Source of the DNA: a virus
Lineage: Duplodnaviria; Caudoviricetes
Reading direction: 5' to 3' (one strand)
Virus record (IMG/VR): IMGVR_UViG_3300049793_000053
Location: 1-58,921 of that record
Length of the DNA stretch: 58,921 bases
Part shown: piece after piece, positions 43,824 to 52,831 of the stretch
Layout: every line of letters begins with the position of its first letter
Numbering within the stretch: position 1 is the first letter of the stretch
The notes under the pieces: model-generated
What the model was told of the DNA's origin: nothing
The model's database searches: none
Seen by the model: only the letters and a program-made list of their open reading frames with translations
Translations under genes and position numbers: made by a program

Positions 43824-45794
43824 CTAGGCCGCGAGCTCGAGCTCGGTGAGGTGTGCGTAGTCGGCGCCGGTTTCGACGTCGACGCGTGACGGAACGTTCA
43901 GCGGCAGAGCTTCGAGCATGATCTTTGCGATGCTCGCGCAAGTGCCACGTAGATTTCCACGGGAAAGAGAAAAATCGAATTCGTCGTGCACGGTGAGCCG
44001 CGGCTTGAAGCCTGCACGCCCGAGCAGCACGAGTGCAGTCTTCGTCTGGATCGCGGCCGATCCCTGGATCAAACGGTTGAGCGCCTTGTAGGTCCAATCG
44101 AAATTTCCGAAGTCGTCGGTTGGGAACCTGCAACGACGCTTGTCGATCAGCAGCAGATAGCCGCGCGCCTTCGCCTTCTCTTGGCAGAGGTACGACAGCG
44201 CACGCACGAACGGCACGCGCTCGTCAAACTGATCGAGTACGGCCTGCGCCTCGGGGCCCGCGTACAGCTTGAGCTCGCCGCGTCGGTCGCGCCGCTCGAC
44301 GGTGGGAAGCCCGAGCTTCGTCGCGAGCAAGCCGCCACCCATGCCGTAGCAGAGGCCGAGAAAGACCTCCTTGGCATCCTTGCGAGGGAGGCCGGACATT
44401 TTCGCGAACATGTCGTGGCTGTCGGTGCGCGGATCGTTGCGATAGAGATCGGCGAACGCTTTCGCGCCGTACAGGTTCGAGAGCTCGGCGTAGTGCACCG
44501 TCGTGCGCGGCTCTTGTTGCGAGTAGTCGAAGCAAGCCCAATCTTCGCCCTCCTCGGGGATGTAGATCGCGCGCCACATTTTGCCGAATTCAGGATGCCG
44601 CGCCGGCGACGCTTGCACGTTCGGGTGACGCGACGCCGTGCGGCCGAACCGCGCGCCCTCGTCCTCGGCGTCGTCGTCGTTCTCGCTCGCCGCGTGCATC
44701 TGCTTGTACGCGGGGTGCAGGCGATCGCCGATGAGATGCTCCTCCACACCGGCGACGTACGTCGTCAACACCTTGTGCGCCGCGCGCGCGTGCAAGATCG
44801 CCTGCACGACCTCGTCGCGCTTGTGCGCGAGCAACAGCTCCTTGGTAACCGACGGCTGAGTTTTCTTCGTGATCTTGTGCGGGTTCGTCCTCGGCACCGC
44901 GATGCCGCGGTGCGCGAGCGCGGGCTCGAGCTCGCGAGCGGTCATCACACGGTGCACGCCGGTCCGCTTGTCGACGGAGATCCGAACGCCGGTGAGGTGC
45001 TCGATGCGCCCGGCCTCGTCGGCGATCACGCGCTCGCAGTGGACGCGCACGCCGGCGAGTCGCTCGCGCGAGACGCGGACCCCGCGCCTCGTCATGCGGA
45101 GGAGCTCGAGCATCGCTTCGGACTCCATCGCGAACGGGCCGAGCAGCGACTGCGCGGCGAGCTCGCGCTCCTGTCGGCGCAAGAGCTCGAGCGGGCCGAC
45201 GACGTCACGCTCGGCGTACGCCCCGACGGCACCGGCGTGCAACCGCCACAGGTCGCGTTTCGCGTTGAGGCCCCACGCTTCGGCGTGCCGCCGGAGCTCG
45301 TCCTCGTCCTTGCCGGGCAACCCTCGACGTTTCAGGATCGCATCGAGGTTGTACTCGTGTTGGAGCTCGTCGAGCAGCGGCTCCGCGATCTGCACGTCGC
45401 GATGGCTCGTCGCGCCGGCGAACACGACGTCGGCATCCCAGAGGTACTCGAGATCGTAGGGCAGGCCGTTGCCGGCGATCTCGCCGCGGAAGTCGCGCGC
45501 CTGATCGCGCATGTACGCGAGCACGTTGCCGCGATCGAGGTTGCCGCCGTCCTCGTGTCCGAACGGCAGGTAGCGTGATGGGCCGTCCTCGATCGCGAAC
45601 GAGATGCCGACCATCTTGCCGCCGCGCCGCACGCCGCAGCCGAGCGCGGTCAGATCGTCGTCGCGCGTCTCGACGTCGACAGCGACGCGCTTCGCTTGGG
45701 ACCACGACGGCAGCGACGCGATCGCCGGCGCTGTCCACGTCGTCGCCGGCCGAAACATCGGCTGCTGTGACCATCCGGCATCTCGTGGCGACAT
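43824..45794 (-). CDS. polA: DNA polymerase family A with 3'-5' exonuclease
   Basis: AVDVET (Exo I), FDYSQQEPR (motif A), RKDAKEVFLGLCYGMG (motif B), TVHDE (motif C). Confidence 0.95.
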   Translation of the reverse strand: MSPRDAGWSQQPMFRPATTWTAPAIASLPSWSQAKRVAVDVETRDDDLTALGCGVRRGGKMVGISFAIEDGPSRYLPFGHEDGGNLDRGNVLAYMRDQARDFRGEIAGNGLPYDLEYLWDADVVFAGATSHRDVQIAEPLLDELQHEYNLDAILKRRGLPGKDEDELRRHAEAWGLNAKRDLWRLHAGAVGAYAERDVVGPLELLRRQERELAAQSLLGPFAMESEAMLELLRMTRRGVRVSRERLAGVRVHCERVIADEAGRIEHLTGVRISVDKRTGVHRVMTARELEPALAHRGIAVPRTNPHKITKKTQPSVTKELLLAHKRDEVVQAILHARAAHKVLTTYVAGVEEHLIGDRLHPAYKQMHAASENDDDAEDEGARFGRTASRHPNVQASPARHPEFGKMWRAIYIPEEGEDWACFDYSQQEPRTTVHYAELSNLYGAKAFADLYRNDPRTDSHDMFAKMSGLPRKDAKEVFLGLCYGMGGGLLATKLGLPTVERRDRRGELKLYAGPEAQAVLDQFDERVPFVRALSYLCQEKAKARGYLLLIDKRRCRFPTDDFGNFDWTYKALNRLIQGSAAIQTKTALVLLGRAGFKPRLTVHDEFDFSLSRGNLRGTCASIAKIMLEALPLNVPSRVDVETGADYAHLTELELAA

Positions 45795-45820
45795 GGCAGA
45801 TCAGAGCGAAAGCGAATCGA

Positions 45821-46378
45821 TCACGACATCACTTCCCAGTCCGTCGCGATGTAGTCGTCGGGCGCGAGGTTGATCGGTAGCCCGACCAGGAGGTTGACGA
45901 ACGACGGCGCGTCGGGCGCGGCGCGGTGCGCGATCGGGTAGATGAACAGGTGCCGCTCGAGCATGTCGTGGGCGACCGCGCGATCTCCGGCGGCCGGGCC
46001 GCGCGTGATCCACTTGCGCCGGCGGATCGGGCGACCGCTTTCGATCGCCTCGACGAAGCCGACGAGGTTCGCCGACATGATGTTCGTCGCGTTGAGCTGC
46101 GCGGCGTAGTCGGAAGGCAGCTCATCGTTCGCCGGCGGCGGCACCTCGCGCACGATCGGCTCGGGCTTCGCGAGCACGCGAACGTCACCGATCGGAACGC
46201 TGTAGACCTGCCCGCTGTTGCTGATCGGCGCGACGTAGTAGCCCGTCACGACGGGCGGCGACGTCTCGCCGAACGTGACGCCCTCGACGGAGCACACGCA
46301 CCACGCGTCGATGATCACCGACGGAAGTCGCGCCTCGACTCGATCGCCCTCGTAGAACCGGCTCGGGTCCCGCTCCAT
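45821..46378 (-). CDS. Hypothetical protein
   Basis: C-terminal 'FVEAIESGRPIRR..W...DDYIATDWEV' resembles DUF2829-like small phage domains. Confidence 0.55.
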   Translation of the reverse strand: MERDPSRFYEGDRVEARLPSVIIDAWCVCSVEGVTFGETSPPVVTGYYVAPISNSGQVYSVPIGDVRVLAKPEPIVREVPPPANDELPSDYAAQLNATNIMSANLVGFVEAIESGRPIRRRKWITRGPAAGDRAVAHDMLERHLFIYPIAHRAAPDAPSFVNLLVGLPINLAPDDYIATDWEVMS

Positions 46379-46842
46379 CAGGGCACCATCGGCGTCGCAC
46401 GCGCGATCGTCTCGGCGGCGTCGATCAACTTCTGTTCGGCCGGCGACGGCTTGCGGGTGTAGTGCATGCCGTCGGGCTCGAGCACGATCGGTGCACCGAC
46501 GCGCACGGACACTTGGTTAAACTTCGACATGATCGCCGCGCCGAGATTGACCCCGAGGCGATACGACAGGATGTCGAGGTAGCACGCGACGTCGGCGCAC
46601 TCCTTCGCGATCTCCTCGCGGCACGCATCGAGCGTGGTGTCGCCGCGCTCGACTTTCTTGATCAGGTTCGCGAGCTCGCCGAGCTCGCCGAGCACGGCGT
46701 TACTCCACGTCGACGGCTTCCAATCTGAGCCATCGACTTCGCTGTGCGCGGGGCCACCCTTCGCGTTTTTGAACAGCGGGATCCGCGCGATGTTGCCAGC
46801 GCGCAGCGTGTTGAAAGTCAGTCCGTCGGTTCCGTATCCCAT
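46378..46842 (-). CDS. MazG-like nucleotide pyrophosphohydrolase
   Basis: GELGELANLIKK...KECADV...KFNQVS; GAGGAGG SD. Confidence 0.85.
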   Translation of the reverse strand: MGYGTDGLTFNTLRAGNIARIPLFKNAKGGPAHSEVDGSDWKPSTWSNAVLGELGELANLIKKVERGDTTLDACREEIAKECADVACYLDILSYRLGVNLGAAIMSKFNQVSVRVGAPIVLEPDGMHYTRKPSPAEQKLIDAAETIARATPMVP

Positions 46843-46858
46843 GTGATCCTCCTCGGTG

Positions 46859-48112
46859 CTAGAGAACAAGCGTGAGCTCGCGGCGAGCTCGAGTGACTGC
46901 GGTGTACAGATGCCGGTGTGCATCGTGGCCGAACGACTTCGACTCATCGAACACGACGACGTTTCCGAATTCTGATCCTTGCGACTTGTGCACCGTGATC
47001 GCGTAGCCGTAGGCGAATTCGTGCGCCTCGTTTTTCGTGTAGCCCTTGAGATCTTTCTCGCGGCCCTCGAAGTGGTGCAGCCATGCCGTCACGCCGATCG
47101 CACCGCCCTCGCGCTCCTCGTCGCCGTCGTCGTCCGAATCCCGGACAACGAGGTGCACGAGTCCGTTCGCGTGGTCCGGCGTCGCGGCAACGCAACGGTG
47201 CATGCCGCCGTTGAGCAAGCCGAGCTCGTGATCGTTGCGCAAGCAGATCAGCCGATCGCCCGGCACCGGGCCGGGCGCCATGCCGCGCAGCCGGCGGATC
47301 TTGTTGTTCGTGCCGTGGCGCGTGGCGTTGCGACCGACGAGCAGTTGATCGGCGGCGAGCGCGCGCTCCTCGATCCTGTAGTCGCCGTATCGCATGACGT
47401 CGACGCCCTCACCGAACGATCCGAGCTCGGGCCGCTTGCCGTGTCGGATCATCGTCGCAAGCCGGAGGATCGGCGAGTCGGCGGCCTGCCGATGGATCTC
47501 GGTGAGCATGAAGTCGGGATCGCGTTGCGTGAAAAATCCGAGGCCGGCAACGGGGGGCAGCTGTGCGGGATCACCGAGCACGAGCAGCGGGATCCCGAAC
47601 GACAGGAGATCGAGGCCGGTGCGCGCGTCGATCATCGAGCACTCGTCGGCGATGATCAACGCCGCGCCGTGCGCAGGGCCGAACGGATTCAGCCTGAACC
47701 GCGGGCCCTTGCGGTTCGCATCCTCTTTCGCGCGCGTGAGCCGATCGCCGGCGACAGCGAGCACAGCTTCGTCGAGCGGCACCGCAACGCGCGCGGCTTC
47801 GAGCTGCGCGGCGAGGATCGCGATCATTTGCGGCGTCGGTGGATCACCGCCGGACGCATAGATCAGCTTGTGGATCGTCGTCGCACCGGCGCACCCTTTC
47901 GACCTCAAGACGTGCGCAGCCTTGCCGGTAAACGCGCAGTACTCGACGCGGCCGTCGACGCCGGCGGCGAACAACTTCGCGATCGTCGTCTTGCCGCTGC
48001 CGGCGTTGCCGCCGAGGTAGAAGACTTGCCCCGGTGTGTTGGCCTTGGGTCCGGATCGGAACCAACGTGCGACGCGATCGAGCGCCGCGGCTTGCGCGTT
48101 TGATGGCTTCAT
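46859..48112 (-). CDS. RecD/Dda-like SF1B helicase
   Basis: GNAGSGKTT, AFTGKAA, DECSM, GDPAQLPPV, AITVHKSQGSE, LYTAVTRA. Confidence 0.92.
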   Translation of the reverse strand: MKPSNAQAAALDRVARWFRSGPKANTPGQVFYLGGNAGSGKTTIAKLFAAGVDGRVEYCAFTGKAAHVLRSKGCAGATTIHKLIYASGGDPPTPQMIAILAAQLEAARVAVPLDEAVLAVAGDRLTRAKEDANRKGPRFRLNPFGPAHGAALIIADECSMIDARTGLDLLSFGIPLLVLGDPAQLPPVAGLGFFTQRDPDFMLTEIHRQAADSPILRLATMIRHGKRPELGSFGEGVDVMRYGDYRIEERALAADQLLVGRNATRHGTNNKIRRLRGMAPGPVPGDRLICLRNDHELGLLNGGMHRCVAATPDHANGLVHLVVRDSDDDGDEEREGGAIGVTAWLHHFEGREKDLKGYTKNEAHEFAYGYAITVHKSQGSEFGNVVVFDESKSFGHDAHRHLYTAVTRARRELTLVL

Positions 48113-48136
48113 ATGGACAGGTTCCCGACGAAGAAA

Positions 48137-48224
48137 GGCCCTACTGGATGGAGTCGAACCATCACGGTCTAGCTCGCGACCTGTCCGACGCGAGCATCAA
48201 CCGTATCACCACTGATCCGTAGGA
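48137..48224 (-). ncRNA. tRNA-like cloverleaf element (not a canonical tRNA)
   Basis: T-arm GATGG-TTCGACT-CCATC, acceptor-like TCCTACGG/CAGTAGGG, D-like ATCA-GTGG-TGAT, extended central arm; no encoded CCA. Confidence 0.65.
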
Positions 48225-48260
48225 AAAGACGCGCGCCGAAGAGGGTAGCCGGCGCGCGTC
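48224..48260 (-). terminator. Intrinsic terminator downstream of the putative SSB gene
   Basis: GACGCGCGCCG-N11-CGGCGCGCGTC-TTTT. Confidence 0.7.
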
Positions 48261-48309
48261 CCGAGGTCGTCGTATCGCGAGCGGTCGACTGCTCGCTACG
48301 CGTCGGCCT

Positions 48310-49335
48310 CTAAAACGCCGATGCGGCTTCGCTCGTCGGTGCGCCGGTCGACTGCGGATCGTCGGCCTGCGTCGTCTCGTAGGCGCCGGCCTTCGCACCC
48401 TTCATGTACTGCTCGTGCAGCACCTTGGCGGCGATGTAGCGCTCGTCGTCGAGGCCGAGCAGCGATCGATCCATGCCGCTGCGGCCGTTCTTTTCGCTGA
48501 ACACCGGCGACAGATCCGGCACGTACCACGAGAGTTTCCCCTCCTGCCGGAACACCGTCGTGAGCCGCACGCGGTGCGCGAACATCGGCACCGGGGCCTT
48601 CGTGATCTTGCCGGTCGCGGCGTCCTTGACCTTGCTCTGATAGAGCGACACGTTCGTGTTCCACTCGCGGTACGCCTTGATCTTCGTCGAGGTGAACGAG
48701 ATCAGCACGGGGCCCTCGGCGTTCTTGCCGCCGAACACCGGCACGAGCTTGTCACCCTCGCGTTTCCACGCCTGGAACACGATGCCGGGCACCTCGTACG
48801 TCTCGACGAGCTCGGTGTCGGGCACGAGCTTGTTGTCGCGATCGAGCAGCGGCTTGCCGGCGGGGTCGAGATGCTTGAGCGGGATCTTACCGATGAACTT
48901 GCCGCCGTTCGCGTTGATCGCGTCGCGCACGATCTTGGCGTTCTTGGGATGACGGCCGCGGAAACCGCCGCCCTGTCCCTTTTCGTCGAGCGGCTTCCAC
49001 TCGGTGAACACGTGATCGGTGCCGGACGGAACGAAGTCGACCGCGTCGTAGATCTCGCCGGTGACGCTGTTGATGATCTGTCCGGCCTTCGCTTCACCCT
49101 TCGTCACGATCGGCGTGCCGGGTTGCAGGATGACGAGCATGGGGATCTTGCGATCGTCCATGTCCTGATTCTCGTGCCCCTTGCCGGCGTCGGTGCCGTA
49201 GTCCTCGGCGTCGAAAGTCGCCTCGTCGTCCTCGCGCTCGGCGAGCGCCTGCGTCTGCTGCGGCGCAGTCATCGCCTTGTTGTCCTCGGGTGCTGCTTCG
49301 GCCTTCGTGTTCTTGTTCTTGCTCGGAGTCGCCAT
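48310..49335 (-). CDS. Putative ssDNA-binding / recombination protein
   Basis: Located in the replication cluster; 'IPMLVILQPGTP', 'EW....GGGFRG.H', 'SFTSTKIK..REW'; acidic C-terminus ending in Phe. Confidence 0.55.
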   Translation of the reverse strand: MATPSKNKNTKAEAAPEDNKAMTAPQQTQALAEREDDEATFDAEDYGTDAGKGHENQDMDDRKIPMLVILQPGTPIVTKGEAKAGQIINSVTGEIYDAVDFVPSGTDHVFTEWKPLDEKGQGGGFRGRHPKNAKIVRDAINANGGKFIGKIPLKHLDPAGKPLLDRDNKLVPDTELVETYEVPGIVFQAWKREGDKLVPVFGGKNAEGPVLISFTSTKIKAYREWNTNVSLYQSKVKDAATGKITKAPVPMFAHRVRLTTVFRQEGKLSWYVPDLSPVFSEKNGRSGMDRSLLGLDDERYIAAKVLHEQYMKGAKAGAYETTQADDPQSTGAPTSEAASAF

Positions 49336-49424
49336 GGTCGTTTCGTTCCTTCGCTATTCGTTGACGCTCGAGACGGGGAATCCGCCGCGAGAAAAAGCAC
49401 GGTACGCGATCGGTCTGACGTCCG

Positions 49425-50042
49425 CTAGCCGCGGCCCGTCATGTCGCGGGTGATCTTCGCGATCTTCTGATCGAACACGTTGATCTTGTCGCGCGGCACT
49501 TCGGCGCCATCCTCGAGGAGCTCGCGGACGAGCTTCGATAGCGTCGTGTGGTGCACGTCCTTGACGGCTTCGACCTCGAAGCCGCGCGCTTCGAGTTCGA
49601 CGCGCAGCTCGTCGGCGCGGGCATCCTCGCCGCGCGATAGATCGACCCCCACGTGGTTCTTGATCACACCGCCGTGACCATTGGCAGCAAGCCACTCGAT
49701 CGCCGCGGCGCGCTTCGTGGGGTCGTCCTTGAGTGCCGGCAGTGATGCGCGGATCTTGCGGTCGATCGTGATCTTCGTCTTGTCGGCGAGCTTGCACTCG
49801 GAGAGCCGCATCGTGACCATGTGATCCGGGATCTCGCGCTCAACGAGATTCTTTAGCTTCAACTTCGCGGCTTCGAGATTCGCTTCGGCAAGGATCACTG
49901 CGTCGGACGCGACGAGCTCCTGTCCAACGAGATCTTCGAGCTGTGCGAAAGCGAGCTTTGCGTCGGCGGCCGCGACGTGCGATCCGGTGCCGTAGTTCGG
50001 AGCTTCCTCGGATGCCTCATCCGTCTCGATCTGATCGGTCAT
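49425..50042 (-). CDS. Conserved replication-region protein
   Basis: EIPDHM, AIEWLAANGHGGVIK, VHHTTLSKLVRE; common next to SNF2 helicase and SSB genes. Confidence 0.65.
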   Translation of the reverse strand: MTDQIETDEASEEAPNYGTGSHVAAADAKLAFAQLEDLVGQELVASDAVILAEANLEAAKLKLKNLVEREIPDHMVTMRLSECKLADKTKITIDRKIRASLPALKDDPTKRAAAIEWLAANGHGGVIKNHVGVDLSRGEDARADELRVELEARGFEVEAVKDVHHTTLSKLVRELLEDGAEVPRDKINVFDQKIAKITRDMTGRG

Positions 50043-50051
50043 GATGATCCC

Positions 50052-50068
50052 TGTTACCATCGTCAACA
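50052..50068. promoter_or_regulatory. Degenerate operator-like palindrome
   Basis: TGTTACC-ATC-GTCAACA just upstream of the 50042 start. Confidence 0.45.
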
Positions 50069-50097
50069 GATCGAACGCAAGCGCGATCGTAGATTTC

Positions 50098-51759
50098 TTA
50101 CGACAGCCACTCGCGGAGATCGTCGCCGACAACCTCCGCGGCGATCTTGTTTTTCTCGATCAGCGACTTTTGGATCTTTTCGTCGACGGTGCGCAGCGCG
50201 ACGAGGTCGTAGTACGTCACCGGGTTGTGTTGCCCGACGCGATGGCACCGGGCCTCGCTCTGGATCCGCTCGTCGTACTTGAAGCTATTCGAGTAGTAGA
50301 TCGCTGCTTTCGCCTCGACGAGCGTAACGCCTACGCCGATCGCGGCCGGGTTCGCGACGAAGAATTGCGCCTTATCCCCGCCGCGGAACGCGTCGATCGC
50401 GGCCGCGCGCGCCTTGCTCGACGTGACCGCGCCGTCGTAGCGGACGCAGCGATCGCCGAGCATCTTGCACAACCGATCGACGTCGTGCCGGAACCGCGCC
50501 CAAATGATCGCCTTGTACGGGATCGACGCGCAGAGATCGATCGCATGCAGCATGCGCGGATCGTCGAGCTCGTTGCCGGGCAACCGCATCGGCTCGGCGT
50601 CGGGGTCGTCGGGGTTAGGCAGGTAGCCGCACGCGATCTGTTGCAGCCGGAGGATCTTGACGATCGCGAGCGTCGCTGTCACGAGCTTGCCCTCGAGCTC
50701 GAGCATGCATTCGCGCTTGAGCTTGTCGTACGCGGCGCGCTGGATCGGCGCGAGCTCGAACGGGATCCGGGTGTAGAGCTTCGGCGGTAGATGGATCCCG
50801 GCTTGCTCCTTCGTGAGCCGCGACGTGATCGGCGCGATCATGCGGTGTAGCTTGTCGAGGTCGCGGTAGTACGCGATCACCTCGACGGTGCGGCCGCGGC
50901 TCGCCGGCACCGGCGACGCGGCTGCAGCAGCGACGGGGGCCTCCTCACCGTCGTCACCGGCGACCAGGTCGCCCGACTCCATCGCGAGCTCGAACGCCGC
51001 CGCATCGCCGACCACGGGTTCGGCGACGAGCTTGCGGCTCGACGCCGGCTCGCGCGCGGCTACACCGTCCGTCGGTGCCGCGATCACGATCTTGCGCTTG
51101 ACCGCGAACGTTGCCTCGAACGCGGTGTAGCTGGCGATCCCGTGGCGTCGCCAAAAGTGCTCATCGATCATCACGATCTGAGAGTAGAGATCGAGCGGCG
51201 AGTTGCCGACCGGCGTGCCGTTGAGGATCCGCACGCACGCCGCGGCGATCGCGACAGCCTTGCAGATCTTGGTTCGCGCGGTCGTCGCGCCGGCGACGCG
51301 GGACGACTCGTCGATCACGAGCATGTAGCGGGGGAACGCGCGACGAAACGCACGCGCGACCTCGAGTCCGGCCGGCGTCTTGAGGCCGTCGTAGGTCATC
51401 GCCAGCCACAGCAGACGGCCGCGACCGCCGAGCACTTGTGCGACGTCGGCGATCTGCTGCCGAACCTTCGCGCGCTGTGCATCCCAGTCGACGCCGATCC
51501 ACGGTGCGCGGCAGTGGCGCGGCAGCTCGTCGGTGATCCAATTGCGGTGCACGCCGTCAGGCGCGAGCACGATCACGCCGTCGATATGCTTGTTCTCGTA
51601 GAGCCGCACCGCCGTCTCGATCGTCGGGCGCGACTTCGCAACGCCGGGCTCCCATAGGATCCCGAAGCCGCGCACGTGCCACGTGTCGGCAACGAGCGCG
51701 GCCTGATGATCGAAGTCGTCGGCGAATTCGCGCTCGCCCAAGCCGCCGCCGAGGGTCAC
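50098..51759 (-). CDS. SNF2-family helicase
   Basis: VIDES, ILNGTP..NSPLDLYSQ, LRLQQI, GVGVTL, QSEARCHRVGQ; Walker A reads EPGVAKS. Confidence 0.9.
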   Translation of the reverse strand: MTLGGGLGEREFADDFDHQAALVADTWHVRGFGILWEPGVAKSRPTIETAVRLYENKHIDGVIVLAPDGVHRNWITDELPRHCRAPWIGVDWDAQRAKVRQQIADVAQVLGGRGRLLWLAMTYDGLKTPAGLEVARAFRRAFPRYMLVIDESSRVAGATTARTKICKAVAIAAACVRILNGTPVGNSPLDLYSQIVMIDEHFWRRHGIASYTAFEATFAVKRKIVIAAPTDGVAAREPASSRKLVAEPVVGDAAAFELAMESGDLVAGDDGEEAPVAAAAASPVPASRGRTVEVIAYYRDLDKLHRMIAPITSRLTKEQAGIHLPPKLYTRIPFELAPIQRAAYDKLKRECMLELEGKLVTATLAIVKILRLQQIACGYLPNPDDPDAEPMRLPGNELDDPRMLHAIDLCASIPYKAIIWARFRHDVDRLCKMLGDRCVRYDGAVTSSKARAAAIDAFRGGDKAQFFVANPAAIGVGVTLVEAKAAIYYSNSFKYDERIQSEARCHRVGQHNPVTYYDLVALRTVDEKIQKSLIEKNKIAAEVVGDDLREWLS

Positions 51760-51992
51760 GGTTTCGTCTCCACAAGACGCTTGCGACCAGCGTCGGTAAT
51801 ACGCCACGTGCCGCGCTCGCGACCGACGCCGGGGCCGCCGACGTACGCGATCGCGCCGGCCTGGTTCAGCGGCATCAACACCGATCGCGCGTTGCTGATC
51901 CCGATCGCCTTGCCGATCTGTTTCGCTGTCAACGCGGACGCCGCGATCAGCTCGAGCGCGGCGCGCTGTGCTTTCGACAGCGCGAGCGTCAC
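51756..51992 (-). CDS. Winged-helix DNA-binding protein
   Basis: LTAKQIGKAIGIS..RSVL..L..AG.I...WRITDAGR. Confidence 0.65.
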   Translation of the reverse strand: MTLALSKAQRAALELIAASALTAKQIGKAIGISNARSVLMPLNQAGAIAYVGGPGVGRERGTWRITDAGRKRLVETKP

Positions 51993-52831
51993 CCGATCGC
52001 GCCGATGACTTCGTGCCGCTCGAAGATCGATTTGGGGACCGACGCTTGCGCGGCGAGAAACTTTCGCGCTGCGATCTGTTGCTTGTCGCGGATCTTTTTC
52101 CGCGCGTCCCACAAGATCGCGAGGTAGCTCGAGTGCGTAGGTGCGGGACCCTTGACCGGCGAGTCGTCCGATCGATTGAGGAGCTCGTCGCGGCGACGCT
52201 CGAGCTGCTTGCGATCGCTGCCGCCGGGCTTCGTCAACCGCTTTTCGATGATCGCGATCATCGCGTTCGGGTGGCACATGTACGAGACGCGGCGACCGGG
52301 GAACACGCACGCGACGCGCGGGTCGAGTGGCGACAACACACCGGCCTTACGCTCGGCCGCGTCGGGCAACGTGCTGCGGAGTTGCTCGAGCGAGAACCCA
52401 ACCCACAACGCCGATCCGATCTTGCCGGCGCGGTACCGCGACTCGAGGATCGACCACGCGGCCTGCACGTTCTCGCCGGTCGGATCGCCGTTCGGGTTCC
52501 AGAATGCCGAACCGATCTTCGGCGCTTTGGCTTCCCAGTGCTCGATCGAGTAGCAATCGCCCATGCCTTTGCCGTCGAAGAAAGCGGCCGGGCGCGAGCG
52601 CGGTTCCCACTGCTCGTTCCAGTAGTGGGACGTCGACGCGTCGAAGTCGATCGACGTCACGTCCGGTTCACTTGCCGCCGGCGCGAGCACGACCGAGGCG
52701 AACCTGCGGATCGCTTCGGGCGTTCCCCAATCGTCGGACGCCGACGACGTGAGCGCACCGCGCGAGCTCATCGCGGCGCGAGCTTCGGCCGCGACACCAT
52801 CAGGCATCGTGGTCGCGAGCGCGGGATCCAC
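51989..52831 (-). CDS. Divergent phage Dam-like (N6-adenine) methyltransferase
   Basis: SSASDDWGTP, IDFDAST, FWNPNG (in place of the usual NPPY), RRVSY, PTHSS. Confidence 0.55.
   Translation of the reverse strand: MDPALATTMPDGVAAEARAAMSSRGALTSSASDDWGTPEAIRRFASVVLAPAASEPDVTSIDFDASTSHYWNEQWEPRSRPAAFFDGKGMGDCYSIEHWEAKAPKIGSAFWNPNGDPTGENVQAAWSILESRYRAGKIGSALWVGFSLEQLRSTLPDAAERKAGVLSPLDPRVACVFPGRRVSYMCHPNAMIAIIEKRLTKPGGSDRKQLERRRDELLNRSDDSPVKGPAPTHSSYLAILWDARKKIRDKQQIAARKFLAAQASVPKSIFERHEVIGAIG

Noticed and set aside
43824-46842. Z-genome (2-aminoadenine) or hydroxymethyluracil hypermodification pathway
   Set aside because: No PurZ, thymidylate-synthase-like, dCMP deaminase or 5-hmdU kinase gene was recognised; MazG and a HAD nucleotidase alone are insufficient evidence.
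48137-48224. Functional canonical tRNA gene
   Set aside because: The central arm is too long with a 10-nt loop, the D-arm and linkers are non-standard and there is no CCA, so it is reported as tRNA-like only.
50880-51080. Intein in the SNF2 helicase insertion
   Set aside because: The insert is Ala/Pro/acidic low-complexity sequence without C/S...HN splice motifs or endonuclease motifs.
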